Shown piece after piece: positions 55,501 through 64,000 of a DNA stretch of 64,000 nt; position 1 is the stretch's first letter, and each line of letters starts with the position of its first letter. A model generated the notes under the pieces. It saw only the letters and a program-made list of their open reading frames with translations. It made no database searches and was not told where the DNA came from. This DNA is from Auanema rhodensis (lineage: Eukaryota > Animalia > Nematoda). Both the position numbers and the translations under genes were made by a program. The stretch lies in assembly GCA_964057225.1 (NCBI GenBank), contig OZ059895.1, positions 2,914,001 to 2,978,000 of the forward strand, given 5' to 3'.

Positions 55501-56199
55501 GAACTTTGATTTTTGTACACCCATAAATTATACGCAGCACAGGTTACCCTTAATTAATGAACTGACCGACTAATCAGACATGGATCTTTCCAAGTTCTGT
55601 TGCTTGAACGGATGTTTTCCTACGAAGGCTAGTAAAACATGCCCTTCAAAGCATCAGAACATGTGATCACATTCCAATATTTTTGTATCTATCTTGTAAA
55701 GATAGTAATATATCATATGTTGAACACTATGTTGGAAAGATTTTAATTCGGTTTTTTTTTCAACTTTCACTCAGTTTGTTTTCTTAACTTTGATTAAGAA
55801 CCTTGAGTTTTGTACACCCATAAATTATACGCAGCACAGGTTACCCTTAAATAATGAACTGACCGACTAATCAGACATGGATCTTTCCAAGTTCTGTTGC
55901 TTGAACGGATGTTTTCCTACGTAGGCTAGTAAAACATGCCCTTCAAAGCATCAGAACATGTGATCACATTCCAATATTTTTGTATCTATCTTGTAAAGAT
56001 AGTAATATATCATATGTTGAACACTATGTTGGAAAGATTTTAATTCAGATTTTTTCAACTTTCACTCAGTTTGTTTTCTAAACTTTGATTAAGAACTTTG
56101 ATTTTTGTACACCCATAAATTATACGCAGCACAGGTTACCCTTAATTAATGAACTGACCGACTAATCAGACATGGATCTTTCCAAGTTCTGTTGCTTGA

Positions 56200-59100
56200 A
56201 CGGATGTTTTCCTACGAAGGCTAGTAAAACATGCCCTTCAAAGCATCAGAACATGTGATCACATTCCAATATTTTTGTATCTATCTTGTAAAGATAGTAA
56301 TATATCATATGTTGAACACTATGTTGGAAAGATTTTAATTCGGTTTTTTTTCAACTTTCACTCAGTTTGTTTTCTTAACTTTGATTAAGAACCTTGAGTT
56401 TTGTACACCCATAAATTATACGCAGCACAGGTTACCCTTAAATAATGAACTGACCGACTAATCAGACATGGATCTTTCCTAGTTCTGTTGCTTGAATGGA
56501 TGTTTTCCTACGTAGGCTAGTAAAACATGCCCTTCAAAGCATCAGAACATGTGATCACATTCCAATATTTTTGTATCTATCTTGTAAAGATAGTAATATA
56601 TCATATGTTGAACACTATGTTGAAAAGATTTTAATTCAGATTTTTTCAACTTTCACTCAGTTTGTTTTCTAAACTTTGATTAAGAACCTTGAGTTTTGTA
56701 CACCCATAAATTATACGCAGCACAGGTTACCCTTAAATAATGAACTGACCGACTAATCAGACATGGATCTTTCCTAGTTCTGTTGCTTGAATGGATGTTT
56801 TCCTACGTAGGCTAGTAAAACATGCCCTTCAAAGCATCAGAACATGTGATCACATTCCAATTTTTTTGTATCTATCTTGTAAAGATAGTAATATATCATA
56901 TGTTGAACACTATGTTGGAAAGATTTTAATTCAGATTTTCGAACTTTTATTCAGTTTGTTTTTCAAACTTTGATTAAGAACTTTGATTTTCGTACACCCA
57001 TAAATTATACGCAGCACAGGTTACCCTTAATTAATGAACTGACCGACTAATCAGACATGGATCTTTCCAAGTTCTGTTGCTTGAACGGATGTTTTCCTAC
57101 GTAGGCTAGTAAAACATGCCCTTCAAAGCATCAGAACATGTGATCACATTCCAATTTTTTTGTATCTATCTTGTAAAGATAGTAATATATCATATGTTGA
57201 ACACTATGTTGGAAAGATTTTAAATCAGATTTTTTCAACTTTCACTCAGTTTGTTTTCTTAACTTTGATTAAGAACCTTGTTGTTCGTACACCCATAAAA
57301 TATACGCAGCACAGGTTACCCTTAAATAATGAACTGACCGACTAATCACACATGGATCTTTCCTAGTTCTGTTGCTTGAATGGATGTTTTCCTACGTAGG
57401 CTAGTAAAACATGCCCTTCAAAGCATCAGAACATGTGATCACATTCCAATTTTTTTGTATCTATCTTGTAAAGATAGTAATTATATCATATGTTGAACAC
57501 TATGTTGGAAAGATTTTAATTCAGATTTTCTAACTTTTATTCAGTTTGTTTTTTAAACTTTGATTAAGAACTTTGATTTTCGTACACCCATAAATTATAC
57601 GCAGCACAGGTTACCCTTAAATAATGAACTGACCGACTAATCAGACATGGATCTTTCCTAGTTCTGTTGCTTGAATGGATGTTTTCCTACGTAGGCTAGT
57701 AAAACATGCCCTTCAAAGCATCAGAACATGTGATCACATTCCAATTTTTTTGTATCTATCTTGTAAAGATAGTAATATATCATATGTTGAACACTATGTT
57801 GGAAAGATTTTAATTCAGATTTTCTAACTTTTATTCAGTTTGTTTTTTAAACTTTGATTAAGAACTTTGATTTTCGTACACCCATAAATTATACGCAGCA
57901 CAGGTTACCCTTAAATAATGAACTGACTGTCTAATCAGACATGGATCTTTCCAAGTTCTGTTGCTTGAATGGATGTTTTCCTACGTAGGCTAGTAAAACA
58001 TGCCCTTCAAAGCATCAGAACATGTGATCACATTCCAATTTTTTTGTATCTATCTTGTAAAGATAGTAATATATCATATGTTGAACACTATGTTGGAAAG
58101 ATTTTAATTCAGATTTTCGAACTTTTATTCAGTTTGTTTTTTAAACTTTGATTAAGAACTTTGATTTTTGTACACCCATAAATTATACGCAGCACAGGTT
58201 ACCCTTAATTAATGAACTGACCGACTAATCAGACATGGATCTTTCCAAGTTCTGTTGCTTGAACGGATGTTTTCCTACGAAGGCTAGTAAAACATGCCCT
58301 TCAAAGCATCAGAACATGTGATCACATTCCAATATTTTTGTATCTATCTTGTAAAGATAGTAATATATCATATGTTGAACACTATGTTGGAAAGATTTTA
58401 ATTCGGTTTTTTTTCAACTTTCACTCAGTTTGTTTTCTTAACTTTGATTAAGAACCTTGAGTTTTGTACACCCATAAATTATACGCAGCACAGGTTACCC
58501 TTAAATAATGAACTGACCGACTAATCAGACATGGATCTTTCCTAGTTCTGTTGCTTGAATGGATGTTTTCCTACGTAGGCTAGTAAAACATGCCCTTCAA
58601 AGCATCAGAACATGTGATCACATTCCAATATTTTTGTATCTATCTTGTAAAGATAGTAATATATCATATGTTGAACACTATGTTGAAAAGATTTTAATTC
58701 AGATTTTTTCAACTTTCACTCAGTTTGTTTTCTAAACTTTGATTAAGAACCTTGAGTTTTGTACACCCATAAATTATACGCAGCACAGGTTACCCTTAAA
58801 TAATGAACTGACCGACTAATCAGACATGGATCTTTCCTAGTTCTGTTGCTTGAATGGATGTTTTCCTACGTAGGCTAGTAAAACATGCCCTTCAAAGCAT
58901 CAGAACATGTGATCACATTCCAATTTTTTTGTATCTATCTTGTAAAGATAGTAATATATCATATGTTGAACACTATGTTGGAAAGATTTTAATTCAGATT
59001 TTCGAACTTTTATTCAGTTTGTTTTTCAAACTTTGATTAAGAACTTTGATTTTCGTACACCCATAAATTATACGCAGCACAGGTTACCCTTAATTAATGA

Positions 59101-62100
59101 ACTGACCGACTAATCAGACATGGATCTTTCCAAGTTCTGTTGCTTGAACGGATGTTTTCCTACGTAGGCTAGTAAAACATGCCCTTCAAAGCATCAGAAC
59201 ATGTGATCACATTCCAATTTTTTTGTATCTATCTTGTAAAGATAGTAATATATCATATGTTGAACACTATGTTGGAAAGATTTTAAATCAGATTTTTTCA
59301 ACTTTCACTCAGTTTGTTTTCTTAACTTTGATTAAGAACCTTGTTGTTCGTACACCCATAAAATATACGCAGCACAGGTTACCCTTAAATAATGAACTGA
59401 CCGACTAATCACACATGGATCTTTCCTAGTTCTGTTGCTTGAATGGATGTTTTCCTACGTAGGCTAGTAAAACATGCCCTTCAAAGCATCAGAACATGTG
59501 ATCACATTCCAATTTTTTTGTATCTATCTTGTAAAGATAGTAATTATATCATATGTTGAACACTATGTTGGAAAGATTTTAATTCAGATTTTCTAACTTT
59601 TATTCAGTTTGTTTTTTAAACTTTGATTAAGAACTTTGATTTTCGTACACCCATAAATTATACGCAGCACAGGTTACCCTTAAATAATGAACTGACCGAC
59701 TAATCAGACATGGATCTTTCCTAGTTCTGTTGCTTGAATGGATGTTTTCCTACGTAGGCTAGTAAAACATGCCCTTCAAAGCATCAGAACATGTGATCAC
59801 ATTCCAATTTTTTTGTATCTATCTTGTAAAGATAGTAATATATCATATGTTGAACACTATGTTGGAAAGATTTTAATTCAGATTTTCTAACTTTTATTCA
59901 GTTTGTTTTTTAAACTTTGATTAAGAACTTTGATTTTCGTACACCCATAAATTATACGCAGCACAGGTTACCCTTAAATAATGAACTGACTGTCTAATCA
60001 GACATGGATCTTCCCAAGTTCTGTTGCTTGAATGGATGTTTTCCTACGTAGGCTAGTAAAACATGCCCTTCAAAGCATCAGAACATGTGATCACATTCCA
60101 ATTTTTTTGTATCTATCTTGTAAAGATAGTAATATATCATATGTTGAACACTATGTTGGAAAGATTTTAATTCAGATTTTCGAACTTTTATTCAGTTTGT
60201 TTTTTAAACTTTGATTAAGAACTTTGATTTTTGTACACCCATAAATTATACGCAGCACAGGTTACCCTTAATTAATGAACTGACCGACTAATCAGACATG
60301 GATCTTTCCAAGTTCTGTTGCTTGAACGGATGTTTTCCTACGAAGGCTAGTGAAACATGCCCTTCAAAGCATCAGAACATGTGATCACATTCCAATATTT
60401 TTGTATCTATCTTGTAAAGATAGTAATATATCATATGTTGAACACTATGTTGGAAAGATTTTAATTCGGTTTTTTTTCAACTTTCACTCAGTTTGTTTTC
60501 TTAACTTTGATTAAGAACCTTGAGTTTTGTACACCCATAAATTATACGCAGCACAGGTTACCCTTAAATAATGAACTGACCGACTAATCAGACATGGATC
60601 TTTCCTAGTTCTGTTGCTTGAATGGATGTTTTCCTACGTAGGCTAGTAAAACATGCCCTTCAAAGCATCAGAACATGTGATCACATTCCAATATTTTTGT
60701 ATCTATCTTGTAAAGATAGTAATATATCATATGTTGAACACTATGTTGAAAAGATTTTAATTCAGATTTTTTCAACTTTCACTCAGTTTGTTTTCTAAAC
60801 TTTGATTAAGAACCTTGAGTTTTGTACAGCCATAAATTATACGCAGCACAGGTTACCCTTAAATAATGAACTGACCGACTAATCAGACATGGATCTTTCC
60901 TAGTTCTGTTGCTTGAATGGATGTTTTCCTACGTAGGCTAGTAAAACATGCCCTTCAAAGCATCAGAACATGTGATCACATTCCAATTTTTTTGTATCTA
61001 TCTTGTAAAGATAGTAATATATCATATGTTGAACACTATGTTGGAAAGATTTTAATTCAGATTTTCGAACTTTTATTCAGTTTGTTTTTTAAACTTTGAT
61101 TAAGAACTTTGATTTTTGTACACCCATAAATTATACGCAGCACAGGTTACCCTTAAATAATGAACTGACCGACTAATCACACATGGATCTTTCCTAGTTC
61201 TGTTGCTTGAATGGATGTTTTCCTACGTAGGCTAGTAAAACATGCCCTTCAAAGCATCAGAACATGTGATCACATTCCAATTTTTTTGTATCTATCTTGT
61301 AAAGATAGTAATTATATCATATGTTGAACACTATGTTGGAAAGATTTTAATTCAGATTTTCTAACTTTTATTCAGTTTGTTTCTTAAACTTTGATTAAGA
61401 ACTTTGATTTTCGTACACCCATAAATTATACGCAGCACAGGTTACCCTTAAATAATGAACTGACCGACTAATCAGACATGGATCTTTCCTAGTTCTGTTG
61501 CTTGAATGGATGTTTTCCTACGTAGGCTAGTAAAACATGCCCTTCAAAGCATCAGAACATGTGATCACATTCCAATTTTTTTGTATCTATCTTGTAAAGA
61601 TAGTAATATATCATATGTTGAACACTATGTTGGAAAGATTTTAATTCAGATTTTCTAACTTTTATTCAGTTTGTTTTTTAAACTTTGATTAAGAACTTTG
61701 ATTTTCGTACACCCATAAATTATACGCAGCACAGGTTACCCTTAAATAATGAACTGACTGTCTAATCAGACATGGATCTTCCCAAGTTCTGTTGCTTGAA
61801 TGGATGTTTTCCTACGTAGGCTAGTAAAACATGCCCTTCAAAGCATCAGAACATGTGATCACATTCCAATTTTTTTGTATCTATCTTGTAAAGATAGTAA
61901 TATATCATATGTTGAACACTATGTTGGAAAGATTTTAATTCAGATTTTCGAACTTTTATTCAGTTTGTTTTTTAAACTTTGATTAAGAACTTTGATTTTT
62001 GTACACCCATAAATTATACGCAGCACAGGTTACCCTTAATTAATGAACTGACCGACTAATCAGACATGGATCTTTCCAAGTTCTGTTGCTTGAACGGATG

Positions 62101-62684
62101 TTTTCCTACGAAGGCTAGTGAAACATGCCCTTCAAAGCATCAGAACATGTGATCACATTCCAATATTTTTGTATCTATCTTGTAAAGATAGTAATATATC
62201 ATATGTTGAACACTATGTTGGAAAGATTTTAATTCGGTTTTTTTTCAACTTTCACTCAGTTTGTTTTCTTAACTTTGATTAAGAACCTTGAGTTTTGTAC
62301 ACCCATAAATTATACGCAGCACAGGTTACCCTTAAATAATGAACTGACCGACTAATCAGACATGGATCTTTCCTAGTTCTGTTGCTTGAATGGATGTTTT
62401 CCTACGTAGGCTAGTAAAACATGCCCTTCAAAGCATCAGAACATGTGATCACATTCCAATATTTTTGTATCTATCTTGTAAAGATAGTAATATATCATAT
62501 GTTGAACACTATGTTGAAAAGATTTTAATTCAGATTTTTTCAACTTTCACTCAGTTTGTTTTCTAAACTTTGATTAAGAACCTTGAGTTTTGTACAGCCA
62601 TAAATTATACGCAGCACAGGTTACCCTTAAATAATGAACTGACCGACTAATCAGACATGGATCTTTCCTAGTTCTGTTGCTTGA
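56200..62684. repeat. 2063 bp 7-mer HOR (F-B''-A'-A-F-C-B) followed by a 1768 bp 6-mer derivative; no short monomers
   Basis: 56791/58854/60917, 57160/59223 and 57969/60032 are spaced by 2063 = 294+295+295+294+294+296+295. 60032/61800 are spaced by 1768, one 295 bp monomer less. Confidence 0.9.
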
Positions 62685-64000
62685 ATGGATGTTTTCCTAC
62701 GTAGGCTAGTAAAACATGCCCTTCAAAGCATCAGAACATGTGATCACATTCCAATTTTTTTGTATCTATCTTGTAAAGATAGTAATATATCATATGTTGA
62801 ACACTATGTTGGAAAGATTTTAATTCGGTTTTTTTTCAACTTTCACTCAGTTTGTTTTCTTAACTTTGATTAAGAACCTTGTTGTTCGTACACCCATAAA
62901 ATATACGCAGCACAGGTTACCCTTAAATAATGAACTGACCGACTAATCACACATGGATCTTTCCTAGTTCTGTTGCTTGAATGGATGTTTTCCTACGTAG
63001 GCTAGTAAAACATGCCCTTCAAAGCATCAGAACATGTGATCACATTCCAATATTTTTGTATCTATCTTGTAAAGATAGTAATATATCATATGTTGAACAC
63101 TATGTTGGAAAGATTTTAAATCAGATTTTTTCAACTTTCACTCAGTTTGTTTTCTTAACTTTGATTAAGAACCTTGTTGTTCGTACACCCATAAAATATA
63201 CGCAGCACAGGTTACCCTTAAATAATGAACTGACCGACTAATCACACATGGATCTTTCCTAGTTCTGTTGCTTGAATGGATGTTTTCCTACGTAGGCTAG
63301 TAAAACATGCCCTTCAAAGCATCAGAACATGTGATCACATTCCAATATTTTTGTATCTATCTTGTAAAGATAGTAATATATCATATGTTGAACACTATGT
63401 TGGAAAGATTTTAATTCGGTTTTTTTTCAACTTTCACTCAGTTTGTTTTCTTAACTTTGATTAAGAACCTTGAGTTTTGTACACCCATAAATTATACGCA
63501 GCACAGGTTACCCTTAACTAATGAACTGACCGACTAATCAGACATGGATCTTTCCTAGTTCTGTTGCTTGAATGGATGTTTTCCTACGTAGGCTAGTAAA
63601 ACATGCCCTTCAAAGCATCAGAACATGTGATCACATTCCAATATTTTTGTATCTATCTTGTAAAGATAGTAATATATCATATGTTGAACACTATGTTGGA
63701 AAGATTTTAATTCAGATTTTTTCAACTTTCACTCAGTTTGTTTTCTAAACTTTGATTGAGAACCTTGAGTTTTGTACACCCATAAATTATACGCAGCACA
63801 GGTTACCCTTAAATAATGAACTGACCGACTAATCAGACATGGATCTTTCCTAGTTCTGTTGCTTGAATGGATGTTTTCCTACGTAGGCTAGTAAAACATG
63901 CCCTTCAAAGCATCAGAACATGTGACCACATTCCAATTTTTTTGTATCTATCTTGTAAAGATAGTAATATATCATATGTTGAACACTATGTTGGAAAGAT

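Larger units (their letters stand above)
1..64000. repeat. Tandem satellite DNA array, ~295 bp monomer (294-296 bp, plus a 209 bp deletion variant), ~228 copies, extending beyond both window edges
   Basis: The anchor GCTTGAA(T/C)GGATG recurs with A(T/C)G at 190, 484, 693, 988, 1197, 1492, 1788, 2083, 2378, 2672, 2967, 3176, 3471 and so on (spacings 294, 209, 295, 209, 295, 296, 295, 295, 294, 295, 209, 295) to the end of the window. I saw no unique sequence and no inversion. GC is 96/300 in 181-480. Confidence 0.99.

Noticed and set aside
1492-63464. About 60 ORFs of 60-86 aa (MDVFLRRLVKHALQ...)
   Set aside because: All are the same frame of the satellite monomer. Length depends on homopolymer indels, and most monomers have an early stop, a frameshift or ATG>ACG. 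There is no recognisable domain and no sign of frame conservation.
1-64000. CRISPR array or repeat-spacer/diversity cassette system
   Set aside because: There are no unique spacers. The variable segment has only a handful of closely related alleles, and no cas, recombinase or RT genes are present.

Overview
The whole 64 kb window is one uninterrupted, head-to-tail, single-orientation array of an AT-rich satellite DNA. One monomer counted by hand is about 32% GC. The array holds roughly 228 monomers: about 190 full-length units of 294-296 bp and about 38 copies of a 209 bp variant carrying one identical 85 bp deletion. Monomers differ only at a small set of recurrent diagnostic sites, and these reveal a layered higher-order-repeat (HOR) organisation. 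There is a 1684 bp 6-mer HOR in 1-16 kb, a near-perfect 6142 bp 22-mer tandem duplication at about 16.65-29.0 kb, a 33-54.4 kb domain of 591 bp dimers plus a cassette with two adjacent short monomers, and a 55-64 kb domain with a 2063 bp 7-mer HOR and no short monomers. This looks like eukaryotic (peri)centromeric or heterochromatic satellite, but I cannot assign the organism or a named family. I see no genes, RNA genes, transposons or CRISPR array. All listed ORFs are one chance reading frame of the monomer. I found no new coding system. The interest lies in array architecture, a mappable crossover junction, a cluster of three dyads, and possible helical-phase and CpG signatures. Counts and coordinates were done by eye and may be off by a few units.
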